Shown here: positions 47,685-57,368 of the stretch, piece by piece
Layout: each line of letters opens with the position of its first letter
How positions within the stretch are numbered: the stretch's first letter is position 1
Assembly (NCBI GenBank): GCA_012521995.1
Contig: JAAYLH010000067.1
Coordinates: 16,478-80,477, forward strand
DNA: 64,000 nucleotides
DNA from: Bacteroidales bacterium
GTDB lineage: Bacteria; Bacteroidota; Bacteroidia; Bacteroidales; UBA7960
Reading direction: 5' to 3'
Notes under the pieces: generated by a model
The model's input: the letters and a program-made list of their open reading frames with translations, nothing else
Databases searched by the model: none
What the model was told of the DNA's origin: nothing
Position numbers and translations under genes: made by a program

Positions 47685-50291
47685 TTATTTCGCGGCCAGC
47701 ACGGCAGCCTTCCTGAGCCGCTGAATATGGCCTTCCAGATCGATGACGTCCATTTGGATCATGTAAATGCCAATGGGCGCCTTGAGGAAAGCATCGGTAG
47801 TGCCGTCCCAGTTGAATACGCCTTCTGCCGCAAGCAGTTCTGCATGAACAAGCCTGCGGACAAGGCGGCCGCGGCTGTCGAAAATCTGAAGGCTGGCTAC
47901 ATAACCGGGCTTTTCAAAACGGTAGTGGATGCACAGCAGATCCTGATATCCGTCATTATCCGGTGAAAAGACCTCTGAGCCCAGCACCAGCTCCCCTTCT
48001 TCAAAACTCAGGGCAGCATGGTATTGAGAGTTCTGATAGCCAGGGGTTCCAAAACCAACACTTTGGGCCGCAGAATGCCAGTTTGTACGATCGCAGGCAG
48101 GCATATTATAGTTTACCCGTTCGAGCGCAACGCCTTTATTGCTGGTCAGCAGGGCAAAATGCATATCTTCATCGAATGCAAACACTTCTACCTCTTCCAG
48201 GCTTTTGCCTGCCAGGGCAATAACACCCCCTGAAGTGGTCATTGAAGGCAGGGCATCAACACCCAGGAAGGCATTGGGGTTGTTGGTCATAAAGGACGTC
48301 TTTACCGCATCAGGGTTAGTGGTAAGCACTGCAAAATCCCCCGGAAAGAACAGGCAGCTTTCGGGGCTGATCTCATGAACCTGAGTCAGGAAACCCAGGG
48401 TAGTGTCCTTGGAAGCCAGGCAAAGGTCCTGCAGGTCAAGGACCTTGCCGGATCGATTATAGATTTCGATGTAACGGCTGCCCCCTTCAGGAGGGTTAAA
48501 CAGCACCTCATTGATTGCCACATCGAAGGGCTGTGCTTCAAGGGGGACGGCAACCCTGGCCGTTCTGCCTTCGAGGGGGTTGCCAGCACAATCGGTAAGA
48601 AAGGACGGCAGGGTAAACTCGTAAATTTCGCCAGGGCTCATAGGGGTTTCAAGGACCAGCAGGGTGGAAGAAAAATCCGGTCTTTGCGGAAGCACTGCCA
48701 GAATATTACCTAGCCCGAAGTCGCCAGCCTGGGGCAGGGACAAAAGGCTGCCCTCATCGAGGGACTCACTGAAAACCAGTTTGACAGTATCTTCAGCCAG
48801 GAATCCAGTCCTAAGCAATGCAGGGGGAGTGGTGTCGGGGTTAAACGCCAGGACTGAATTGGACGTCCCGGGCGTTCCTCCTGAAGGATGGCTGGAAGCG
48901 GTCCAGTTGTTTGCACCCTCACAATAGTTCAGCATGTCAATCTTTTCAAGGGACCATCCTCCCTGGCTTTTTGCGGGCTGTCCATACCAGCCATCGCTGT
49001 AATTGACGAATGCCACCAAGCGTTCTTCGTGATCGAACAACAACAGGCTGTTGCCCGCATTGGTCAAGGCATTGGAAGGCAAACCAGGCACAGCAACTAC
49101 TGCACCATAGTCTTGGAGAGCTGAAACTGCATCTTCACAGGCCAGCAGCAGATATCCACCAGCCCCGATAAAGGATTGAGGCAGAACCCGGTTACTGCTG
49201 CCATGCTGCAGGACCCAGCCTTCCAGTGAGATGGAGAAATTGGTATTATTGAACAGTTCAATGTATTCATGGGCAGGCAAACCTAGTTGTGGAGTGGGAT
49301 CAACCATAAGCTCATTGAAAACCACATCGAAACGTTGCGACACATACAAAACAAAAGGCAGGACACAGGCTTGCATGGCATTACCGAAGAGATCCTCAAC
49401 ATGCTGAATTTGCAGGGTATATTGCAGGTTCTCCTGGAAGGTTTGCGCAAAGAGCAGGCTTACCATTTGGGGTTGCATCGGATCAAGGCAAGCAATCATT
49501 GGGGACCCTGCACCCTGATCTACGGAATAGTTTGTGGTTTGCTCAGCGGTATTCTGATCGACTGCTTCGCTGAAATGAATCAAAAGCTGATTGGCAGAGA
49601 CGACCTCAAGGCGGATTACGGAAGGGGGCTCCAGGTCGGGGACTCGTTCCTGAACGATGAAATCATCAAAATAAAAGCGGTTGCAATTTGAAATGGTATA
49701 GTTGCAAACCAGGCCAAACCATCCGGAAACCGAATACGTTGCATCAAGCACAGAACCCTGGGGCACGAAAAGCTGGCCTCCCCCTGCATCTGCCATAACC
49801 TCCCAAAAGCCTTGGCTGTTGCGGGTGACCCGAATGCGGATCAGGTTATTGCTTGCGCTGGCCAGGTTCTGAAATCCAGCAAGGAGTTCGACAGCCTCTT
49901 CCCCATCCTGGCGAAACAGGAAGAGGCGTTTGTTTTCACCCCCGTTTTTTCCTATCTGCAGGTAATATCCGTTCAGAGGCCCTTTCAGGTTGGGGGTATC
50001 GCTGAGTAAGTAAATTTTTGGGTGGTTGTTGTCGGTGGGAGAAAAAGCGAGCCTCACCCAGAACTCCCATTGAGCCTCAAGGGCTAAGGTACAGGAAGTG
50101 GCAAGGCTTGCCTGCCCGGCCTCCTGATCGCTGAGGCGCAGTACCCCTTCCTGCACGGAGAACTTCTGAATGTCGCCCACCCACTCGGGGTTCGAGGTAC
50201 AGTTACCGTCACTGAAGTCGTCCGTGAACTGTGCCTTTCCGACCACAGGAAGGATTAAGATCAGCAAGAAGATTTCCCGCCTGATCATCAT
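47685..50291 (-). CDS. Secreted lamin-tail-domain (LTD) protein with a C-terminal Ig-like sorting-type domain
   Basis: The signal peptide is MMIRREIFLLILILPVVGKAQ. Two LTD-like segments are present (FNELMVDPTP...EYIELFNNT and INEVLFNPPEGGSRYIEIYNRS). The C-terminus reads EVFSPDNDGYQDLL...NWDGT...GIYMIQM. Confidence 0.6.
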   Translation of the reverse strand: MMIRREIFLLILILPVVGKAQFTDDFSDGNCTSNPEWVGDIQKFSVQEGVLRLSDQEAGQASLATSCTLALEAQWEFWVRLAFSPTDNNHPKIYLLSDTPNLKGPLNGYYLQIGKNGGENKRLFLFRQDGEEAVELLAGFQNLASASNNLIRIRVTRNSQGFWEVMADAGGGQLFVPQGSVLDATYSVSGWFGLVCNYTISNCNRFYFDDFIVQERVPDLEPPSVIRLEVVSANQLLIHFSEAVDQNTAEQTTNYSVDQGAGSPMIACLDPMQPQMVSLLFAQTFQENLQYTLQIQHVEDLFGNAMQACVLPFVLYVSQRFDVVFNELMVDPTPQLGLPAHEYIELFNNTNFSISLEGWVLQHGSSNRVLPQSFIGAGGYLLLACEDAVSALQDYGAVVAVPGLPSNALTNAGNSLLLFDHEERLVAFVNYSDGWYGQPAKSQGGWSLEKIDMLNYCEGANNWTASSHPSGGTPGTSNSVLAFNPDTTPPALLRTGFLAEDTVKLVFSESLDEGSLLSLPQAGDFGLGNILAVLPQRPDFSSTLLVLETPMSPGEIYEFTLPSFLTDCAGNPLEGRTARVAVPLEAQPFDVAINEVLFNPPEGGSRYIEIYNRSGKVLDLQDLCLASKDTTLGFLTQVHEISPESCLFFPGDFAVLTTNPDAVKTSFMTNNPNAFLGVDALPSMTTSGGVIALAGKSLEEVEVFAFDEDMHFALLTSNKGVALERVNYNMPACDRTNWHSAAQSVGFGTPGYQNSQYHAALSFEEGELVLGSEVFSPDNDGYQDLLCIHYRFEKPGYVASLQIFDSRGRLVRRLVHAELLAAEGVFNWDGTTDAFLKAPIGIYMIQMDVIDLEGHIQRLRKAAVLAAK

Positions 50292-50319
50292 TTATCTTTT
50301 TTCTGGGCTATAAATATAG

Positions 50320-50327
50320 TAATTTTG
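50320..50327 (+). promoter_or_regulatory. Candidate -7 promoter box for asd
   Basis: TAATTTTG lies 55 nt upstream of the asd ATG. Confidence 0.3.
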
Positions 50328-50382
50328 CAGGAATTTACCATCAGGCAAAGCACAAAAAGCGAATCCTAAAACACTGAGTATT

Positions 50383-51375
50383 ATGAAGATTGCACTGGTT
50401 GGAGCCACCGGGCTTGTCGGCACTGTCATGATGAAAGTGCTGGAAGAAATGAATTTCCCCTGTACAGAGTTTATCCCTGCTGCATCAGAGCGGTCGGTTG
50501 GCAAAACAGTAAACTTCAGGGGCAAGCCGCATATCATTGTCAGCCTCCAGGAAGCTGTGGATGCAAAGCCTGCCCTGGCCATTTTTTCAGCAGGGGGTTC
50601 TGTATCGAAACAATGGGCCGAAAAATTTGCCGGGCAAGGGACTTATGTGGTCGACAACTCTTCGGCCTGGCGAATGGACAAAAGCGTGCCTCTTGTGGTT
50701 CCTGAGGTCAACGCCCACACCCTGAAGAAGGACACAATGATCATTGCCAATCCCAACTGCAGCACCATTCAATTGGCGCTGGCCTTGGCGCCCTTGCACA
50801 AAGCCTACGGCATCAGGCGACTGGTGGTGTCCACATACCAGTCTGTTACAGGCACAGGGGTAAAAGCCGTAAGACAAATGGAAGATGAGCGCGCGGGACA
50901 CGAGGGCGAGAAAGCCTACCCCCACCCCATTGACCTGAACTGTTTTCCCCATGGCGGGGACTTTGCCGACAATGGTTACACCAGTGAGGAGCTGAAGCTG
51001 CTCCACGAAACCCGTAAAATCCTGGAAGCCCCTGAGATGAAGGTGACCGCCACAGTGGTGCGCATCCCTGTGGTGGGAGGGCATTCGGAAGCTGTAAATA
51101 TTGAATTTGAACGTGATTTCGAACTGAAGGAAGTGCGTCATTTGCTGGAAACCATGCCCGGAGTAGTGATACAGGATGATCCTGCACGTAACCTTTACCC
51201 CATGCCCCGCTTTGCACACAACAAGAATGAAGTGTTTGTGGGACGTCTGCGCAGGGATACCACCATTCCGTACGGACTGGACCTCTGGGTGGTGGCCGAC
51301 AACCTGCGCAAGGGAGCCGCCACCAATGCCATCCAGATCGCTTGGAAACTAGTCGAAAAAAAGTTTATTGCCTGA
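50383..51375 (+). CDS. asd: Aspartate-semialdehyde dehydrogenase
   Basis: MKIALVGATGLVG forms the Rossmann N-terminus. The active-site context is IIANPNCSTIQ and QSVTGTG is present. Confidence 0.9.
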   Translation: MKIALVGATGLVGTVMMKVLEEMNFPCTEFIPAASERSVGKTVNFRGKPHIIVSLQEAVDAKPALAIFSAGGSVSKQWAEKFAGQGTYVVDNSSAWRMDKSVPLVVPEVNAHTLKKDTMIIANPNCSTIQLALALAPLHKAYGIRRLVVSTYQSVTGTGVKAVRQMEDERAGHEGEKAYPHPIDLNCFPHGGDFADNGYTSEELKLLHETRKILEAPEMKVTATVVRIPVVGGHSEAVNIEFERDFELKEVRHLLETMPGVVIQDDPARNLYPMPRFAHNKNEVFVGRLRRDTTIPYGLDLWVVADNLRKGAATNAIQIAWKLVEKKFIA

Positions 51376-51434
51376 CTCAAGATTGCTCTCCCATGAGTAT
51401 TTCCTGCAATGAGCTGGGGTTGACCTAATTTTCG

Positions 51435-51442
51435 TATTTTTG
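51435..51442 (+). promoter_or_regulatory. Candidate -7 promoter box for the lipid-kinase/glyQS pair. It overlaps a small palindrome, TTTGCA-ATC-TGCAAA.
   Basis: TATTTTTG lies 54 nt upstream of the ATG at 51497. Confidence 0.3.
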
Positions 51443-51496
51443 CAATCTGCAAAAAACACAGGTCACCCTGTTTCGCTGTAACACAAAACGCCTTTA

Positions 51497-52471
51497 ATGA
51501 CGCAACCACAAACGAAAGAATGGCTGGTACTGGTCAATCCCAATGCCGGCATTGGTAAGGGAAAAAAGGACTGGGGCAAGATCAGTCAACTATTGGATGA
51601 ACAAGGATTTGTTTATCAAGCTGTCTTTACCGAAAGGAAACTCCATGCCATTGAACTGGTCATCGAAAACATTACCCTGGGGTACCGAAAAATCATTGTG
51701 GTAGGCGGTGACGGCACCATGAACGAGGTGGTCAACGGCGTATTCTCACAGCAGGTAGTACCTACCACGGCCATTACCCTTGGGATGATTTCTATAGGCA
51801 CAGGCAACGACTGGGTGCGTACCTATAACATCCCGCTCGACTACTTGCAAGCCATCGAAATCATTAAAAGAGGGAATACCCTGGAGCAGGATGCAGGAAT
51901 TGTGCAATATTCTAACGATAACGGACTGGAAAAACGCTATTTTGCAAACATGGCAGGATTGGGTTTTGATGGTCTGGTAGCCAAAAAAACAAATGCCGAC
52001 AAAGAGAAGGGCAGCGTTTTGCCTATGCTTTTTCTGGTCAATTTGCTGAGCTCCATGTTCTCGTATAACTCATCCAACATCCGGGTTAACATTGACGGGC
52101 GCGAAATCAAGGCAAAGGTGTTCAGCATTGGCGTTGGCATCGGACAATACAACGGGGGTGGTATGATGCAGGCTCCTGACGCCCGGCCCAATGACGGCCT
52201 ACTTGACCTGACCATCATTAAACACATTTCCGTATTATCCATCCTCGCAAATATCCGAAGGCTTTATGATGGAAAGATCCACAAGGTAAAACAGGTCGTT
52301 TTGCTCACGGGGAAAAACATCCGCATTGAATCTGATGTTATCATTCCACTGGAAGCGGATGGGGAATACCTGGGGCACTCGCCTTTTGAATTTAACATCA
52401 TCCCAAAAAGCATCAAAATCATTATGAACCACTTGGGCGAAACTGCCCAAAAAAGCACTGAATCTGCATGA
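51497..52471 (+). CDS. Diacylglycerol/lipid kinase family protein (YegS/BmrU-like)
   Basis: The translation has LVLVNPNAG...K and the family motif VVGGDGTMNEVVNG. Confidence 0.8.
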   Translation: MTQPQTKEWLVLVNPNAGIGKGKKDWGKISQLLDEQGFVYQAVFTERKLHAIELVIENITLGYRKIIVVGGDGTMNEVVNGVFSQQVVPTTAITLGMISIGTGNDWVRTYNIPLDYLQAIEIIKRGNTLEQDAGIVQYSNDNGLEKRYFANMAGLGFDGLVAKKTNADKEKGSVLPMLFLVNLLSSMFSYNSSNIRVNIDGREIKAKVFSIGVGIGQYNGGGMMQAPDARPNDGLLDLTIIKHISVLSILANIRRLYDGKIHKVKQVVLLTGKNIRIESDVIIPLEADGEYLGHSPFEFNIIPKSIKIIMNHLGETAQKSTESA

Positions 52472-54000
52472 CCAAAGGAGAAGATATTTTCAGAAAGATC
52501 ATTTCGCACTGTAAGGAATACGGGTTTATTTTCCCTTCCAGTGAAATTTATGACGGGCTGAGCGCCGTTTACGATTACGGCCAGAACGGCGCCATCCTGA
52601 AAAATAACATCAAGGACTACTGGTGGCGTTCGATGGTGCAATATCAGGAAAACATTGTCGGCATCGACTCGGCCATTTTCATGCATCCCACGGTTTGGAA
52701 AGCCTCGGGGCATGTGGACGCATTCAACGATCCCCTTATCGACAACAAGGACTCGAAGAAGCGGTACCGTGCCGATGTCCTCATTGAAGATCACCTTGAA
52801 AAACTCAACGAGAAGATCGAAAAAGATGTGGTAAAAGCCGCCAAGCGCTTTGGTGACAGCTTTGATGAGGCAATGTTCCGAAAAACGAACCCCCGGGTTC
52901 TTGAAAACCAGGAAAAGATAGAAAACATCAACCGCCGTTTTGTTTCGGCTCTTGAAGAGAATCGCCTGGACGACGTCAAGGCCCTGATCGAGGAGCTAGG
53001 GATTGTTTGCCCCATTTCGGGATCGCGCAACTGGACAGATGTGCGTCAGTTCAACCTGATGTTCAGCACGCAAATGGGATCGCTAAGCGAGGATACCAAC
53101 CAGATTTTCCTGCGCCCTGAAACCGCACAGGGAATTTTTGTAAACTACCTCAACGTCCAGAAAACGGGCCGCATGAAGCTGCCTTTCGGGATTGCCCAGA
53201 TAGGAAAAGCTTTCCGAAACGAAATCGTAGCCCGACAGTTTATCTTCCGCATGCGGGAGTTTGAGCAAATGGAAATGCAGTTCTTTGTGAAACCGGGGCA
53301 AGAAATGGAATGGTATGATTACTGGAAGCAGGAACGCTTGCGCTGGCATTTGGCCTTGGGCATCCCTGCCGAAAAGTACCGTTTCCACGACCACGAGAAA
53401 CTGGCCCATTACGCTAATGCAGCCGCGGATATCGAGTTTGAGTTTCCCTTCGGGTTCAAGGAACTGGAAGGCATTCACTCGCGTACCGACTTTGACCTGG
53501 GCGCCCATCAGCAATACAGCGGCAAGAAGCTGCAGTATTTTGACCCTGAAACCAATGAAAGCTATGTGCCCTATGTGGTGGAAACCTCCATTGGGCTCGA
53601 CCGTACTTTCTTGGCCATCCTTTCGTTTGCCTATCGTGAAGAGAAACTGGAGGATGGCTCCGAGCGCGTGGTGCTGAGCATCCCGCCCGTATTGGCACCC
53701 ATAAAGGTGGCGGTGCTTCCCCTGGTGAAAAAAGACGGCATGCCTGAAAAGGCACGCGAGGTCTTTGACAGGCTCAAGTACGATTATATGTGCCAGTATG
53801 ATGAAAAGGATGCTATAGGCCGTCGCTACCGCAGGCAAGACGCCATTGGCACACCTTATTGCATCACAGTGGACCATCAGACCCTGGAAGACAATACGGT
53901 AACCATAAGAGAACGCGACAGCATGAAACAGGACCGCATCGCCATCGATGAAATTGCCCAAGTGGTGGCTCGCCGTATTGACATCAGACCCGTTTCCTGA
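52468..54000 (+). CDS. glyQS: Glycine--tRNA ligase (dimeric class II, GlyQS type)
   Basis: The translation has GFIFPSSEIYDGL...YDYGQNGAILKNNI and class II motifs (FRNEI...R, GLDR), plus a C-terminal anticodon-binding domain. The start overlaps the upstream stop as ATGA. Confidence 0.9.
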   Translation: MTKGEDIFRKIISHCKEYGFIFPSSEIYDGLSAVYDYGQNGAILKNNIKDYWWRSMVQYQENIVGIDSAIFMHPTVWKASGHVDAFNDPLIDNKDSKKRYRADVLIEDHLEKLNEKIEKDVVKAAKRFGDSFDEAMFRKTNPRVLENQEKIENINRRFVSALEENRLDDVKALIEELGIVCPISGSRNWTDVRQFNLMFSTQMGSLSEDTNQIFLRPETAQGIFVNYLNVQKTGRMKLPFGIAQIGKAFRNEIVARQFIFRMREFEQMEMQFFVKPGQEMEWYDYWKQERLRWHLALGIPAEKYRFHDHEKLAHYANAAADIEFEFPFGFKELEGIHSRTDFDLGAHQQYSGKKLQYFDPETNESYVPYVVETSIGLDRTFLAILSFAYREEKLEDGSERVVLSIPPVLAPIKVAVLPLVKKDGMPEKAREVFDRLKYDYMCQYDEKDAIGRRYRRQDAIGTPYCITVDHQTLEDNTVTIRERDSMKQDRIAIDEIAQVVARRIDIRPVS

Positions 54001-54074
54001 TTTTGCAAACAATATCCAACATTATTTGTTGGGTTTAATATACTTTTATACTCCGCAAACCGAGGTTACGGATT

Positions 54075-55046
54075 ATGACCCTGAATGAAATAAAGGCGCC
54101 TGTAGAGGGGCAGATTAAAGCTTTTGAGACCCTGTTCAGGGATTCGATCAAAAGCAACATCCCCCTGCTCAACATCATTATGCGTTACATCGTGAAACGC
54201 AAGGGCAAGCAAATGCGGCCGCTGTTTGTATTTTTCTCTGCAGGGCTGTTTTCCGAAATCAACGACAGAACCCTCCGGGCCGCTACACTCATTGAAATGC
54301 TTCACACCGCAACCCTGATTCATGACGATGTGGTAGACGACAGCAACGAGCGCCGCGGGTTCTTTTCGCTCAATGCTCTCTGGAAAAACAAGATATCTGT
54401 TTTGGTAGGCGATTTCCTGCTCTCACGCGGATTAATCCTGGCACTCGAAAACGATGATTTTGACCTGCTCAAGATTGTGTCGCATTCAGTACGTGAAATG
54501 AGCGAAGGCGAGTTACTTCAGATTGAAAAGGCCCGCACCCTCGACATTGAAGAGTCGGTATATTTCGAGATCATCCGCAAAAAAACAGCTTCCCTGATCG
54601 CCTCATGCCTGGCCAGCGGTACTGCTGCCACGGGTGCCAGTGCCGACACCATAGAAAAGATGCGCCAGATCGGCGAGAAGATAGGCATCGCCTTCCAGAT
54701 CAAAGACGACATCCTCGATTTTGACCTCAGTGCAGATAAGGGAAAACCTTCGGGCGTGGATATCAAGGAACGGAAAATGACCCTCCCGTTGATTTTTATC
54801 CTGAATAAATCAAGCTATTTCCAAAAGCGGAAGATCATCAACATTGTTAAGAATCACAACACCAACAGGGAAAAAGTGGATTGGCTCATGCAAGAGGTGG
54901 TTCTTGGCGGAGGCATTGAATATGCCGTAGAAATGATGACCAGGTACCGCAATGAAGCCCTTGAAATGCTTGAGCAGATGCCCGACAGGCCGGCCAGGGA
55001 ATCCCTCAGGCAACTCATTGATTTTACCATCCAGCGAAAAAGCTGA
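54075..55046 (+). CDS. ispB: Polyprenyl diphosphate synthase (trans-isoprenyl, IspB-like)
   Basis: The two Asp-rich motifs are LIHDDVVDDSNERRG and FQIKDDILD. Confidence 0.85.
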   Translation: MTLNEIKAPVEGQIKAFETLFRDSIKSNIPLLNIIMRYIVKRKGKQMRPLFVFFSAGLFSEINDRTLRAATLIEMLHTATLIHDDVVDDSNERRGFFSLNALWKNKISVLVGDFLLSRGLILALENDDFDLLKIVSHSVREMSEGELLQIEKARTLDIEESVYFEIIRKKTASLIASCLASGTAATGASADTIEKMRQIGEKIGIAFQIKDDILDFDLSADKGKPSGVDIKERKMTLPLIFILNKSSYFQKRKIINIVKNHNTNREKVDWLMQEVVLGGGIEYAVEMMTRYRNEALEMLEQMPDRPARESLRQLIDFTIQRKS

Positions 55047-55119
55047 TCTTCTTCCCTTCTTGTATAATTATCTTTTCTGCAGTTTAGATTATCTATGCAG
55101 AAAATAAAAGCTGAACTCC

Positions 55120-56652
55120 ATGAAGAAAAAACGGATTTCTCTTTATACGAAAACCTTGCTGCTGTCGGCCGCAATGGGCTTTCTTACCACCTTGAGCTTG
55201 CAAGCACAAGCCCTTCCCGAAATCAAAAAACACGATCCTTCCCTGATTGGCAAGGGAACCACCCTTGAGGGCGTTAAACAAGGACTCTGGAACTATTTCG
55301 ATGAACAGGACCATTTGCTTGAAAGCGGCCATTATGCTGATGGCAAGCGCATTGGTCTTTGGACCTTCTTCGATGAGCAGCAACAGAAGTCAGCGCAAAT
55401 AGATTACGACAGCCTGTATTATCGCGAATTCTTCCCAAACGGCGATGTTTCAGTTCAGGGTCCCCTGAATGATACTCTGGAAAGATCAGATCTTTGGACC
55501 TACTACCACCTGGAAATGCAGCCCTGGGCTAGGGGCCATTATCGCAAAGGAAAACAAACAGGCACCTGGAAATTCTGGTATCCCGACGGCAAGAAAAACG
55601 CTGAAGTCGTCATGGAACAAGGCATCACCACCTGGTGGTATTATAATGGAAATATCGAGATGACAGGACCTGTGAAAGCAGGCCAGCTCGACGGTGAATG
55701 GACTTACTATTATGAGTCGGGTGTCCTCAGGGAAAAGAGCGTATACAAAAACAGTAGGCAAGAAGGCATCTCGCGATTGTATTATGAAAACGGGCAACCT
55801 GAATTTGAAGGCAACTTTAAAGAAGGCATGCTCAACGGGTTTTCAAAATGGTATTATGAAAACGGACAGCTGGAATCGGCTGGTAAGTCTGTCATGGATG
55901 TACAGGACAGCACCTGGACCTTTTATTACCAGAACGGGAACATTTCCTCGCATGGGGATTTCGTGGACGGGAAGGAAAACGGCACCTGGACATTCTATTA
56001 CACCACCGGTGAGAAGCTGCGTCAGGGTCCTATGGTCAATGGGGGGCGCAACGGCGAATGGACCACTTGGTATACAGGAGGCGAGGTAAGTCATCAGGGC
56101 CCCTTCGTCAACGACCAGGAGCATGGCCTGTGGGCCAGCTTTTACGAGAACGGACAGATGCAGGATCGCGGCACTTTTACCAATGGGAAAATGGATCAGC
56201 TTTGGGAAGGATGGTTTGTCAACGGAACCAAACGCTATGAGGTACGCTATGCTAATGGTGAACGTCATGGCCTGTCGAGTCACTGGTACGAGAATGGGAA
56301 ACCCCGCCAGAGTGCCGAATACCGGGAAGGCCTCAACCACGGACGCTGGATTCGCTGGCAAGACAATGGCAACATCCTGGAGGAAGGTCCGTTTTCCCTG
56401 GGTGAGCGTTCGGGATTATGGGTGTATTATGACGGCGGAGGCAGAAAATTCAGGGAACAGGAATTCAATGCCAGCAAAGCCCATGGACGCTTCACCACCT
56501 TTTACCCAGATGGCAGCAAGGAACAGGAAGGATTCTTTGTCGAAGGGCAGCGCCACGGAAACTGGACCTCCTGGGGGCCCGATGGAAAGGTGGAACGGAA
56601 CATGACATTTGACATGGGAAAGATGGTCAACCAAAAGGATCACACCAGATAG
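55120..56652 (+). CDS. MORN-variant (YwqK-like) repeat protein, secreted
   Basis: After the signal peptide there are about 17 repeats of the pattern G-x-W-x-x-(Y/W)-Y-x-N-G-x...G-x-(F/Y)-x-x-G-K-x-x-G. Confidence 0.7.
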   Translation: MKKKRISLYTKTLLLSAAMGFLTTLSLQAQALPEIKKHDPSLIGKGTTLEGVKQGLWNYFDEQDHLLESGHYADGKRIGLWTFFDEQQQKSAQIDYDSLYYREFFPNGDVSVQGPLNDTLERSDLWTYYHLEMQPWARGHYRKGKQTGTWKFWYPDGKKNAEVVMEQGITTWWYYNGNIEMTGPVKAGQLDGEWTYYYESGVLREKSVYKNSRQEGISRLYYENGQPEFEGNFKEGMLNGFSKWYYENGQLESAGKSVMDVQDSTWTFYYQNGNISSHGDFVDGKENGTWTFYYTTGEKLRQGPMVNGGRNGEWTTWYTGGEVSHQGPFVNDQEHGLWASFYENGQMQDRGTFTNGKMDQLWEGWFVNGTKRYEVRYANGERHGLSSHWYENGKPRQSAEYREGLNHGRWIRWQDNGNILEEGPFSLGERSGLWVYYDGGGRKFREQEFNASKAHGRFTTFYPDGSKEQEGFFVEGQRHGNWTSWGPDGKVERNMTFDMGKMVNQKDHTR

Positions 56653-57368
56653 TTTTCCCTATTGTCCCCCCCCTCAAGGTATGCTTTCAGCTTTTGCTCA
56701 ACCAGCAGGGCGTGTTCCTCCTTAATCACTGAAAACTTCACTTCAAGCTGAGGCTTATCCCGGGCATCACGCACCAAGTGCACCAGAGGTTCATTTTCCA
56801 GGATGATCCAGGGCAAATTGTATAACACCTGCTTGATTTCTTCGGGCAGGCCGGGGGTATCCTTTCCCTGACTTAGGCTAAACCTCAGCATCTGGCTGTG
56901 GCCCTGGCCCTTTTCAGGAGGACTTGAAATGATGGCATCGCCAAGCCTGGCAAAGGGAATCCGCACTTTCTCCCCCTTTTCGGTCTCAACTTGCACAGTA
57001 CGGTATCCCACCCTTGCCACCTTTCCTGAAACCAGTGGGGTTTTGATGATCTGACCCTTTTTGAAATCACTTTCAGACTTGAGCAGAACACCGTTTAGAA
57101 AATCCCTGAGCACATACCAGCCCAAAGCCACTATCAGCACCAGGGCCATTGCGCTCTCGACCACTCCGCGATAAGGCAGACCTGAGAACACGATACGGGC
57201 CGACCAGAAAGCAAAAGCAAGCCATACCACAAACTCTAGTAAGGGCAGGGAACGAAGCAAAAAACTACGCCAGCTGCCCTCTCCGGGGATAAGCAGGGCC
57301 AGGCGGTTGATGAGTTGAAGGGCAAAAAACAGTGCAAAACCCAGGATTACTATATACAGCAGGTTCAT
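56640..57368 (-). CDS. MscS-family mechanosensitive-channel-like protein (short form)
   Basis: Three N-terminal TM helices are followed by a beta-domain-like segment (GQIIKTPLVSGKVARVGYRTVQVETEKGEKVRIPFARL). The ATG overlaps the upstream stop as ATGA. Confidence 0.55.
   Translation of the reverse strand: MNLLYIVILGFALFFALQLINRLALLIPGEGSWRSFLLRSLPLLEFVVWLAFAFWSARIVFSGLPYRGVVESAMALVLIVALGWYVLRDFLNGVLLKSESDFKKGQIIKTPLVSGKVARVGYRTVQVETEKGEKVRIPFARLGDAIISSPPEKGQGHSQMLRFSLSQGKDTPGLPEEIKQVLYNLPWIILENEPLVHLVRDARDKPQLEVKFSVIKEEHALLVEQKLKAYLEGGDNRENYLV

Noticed and set aside
53083-54012. A 309-aa minus-strand ORF
   Set aside because: It is antisense to glyQS and has no motif support.
55060-55100. The hairpin TTCTGCA...TGCAGAA after ispB as a terminator
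   Set aside because: The 7-bp stem has a 14-nt loop and no U-tract on either strand, which is too weak to call.
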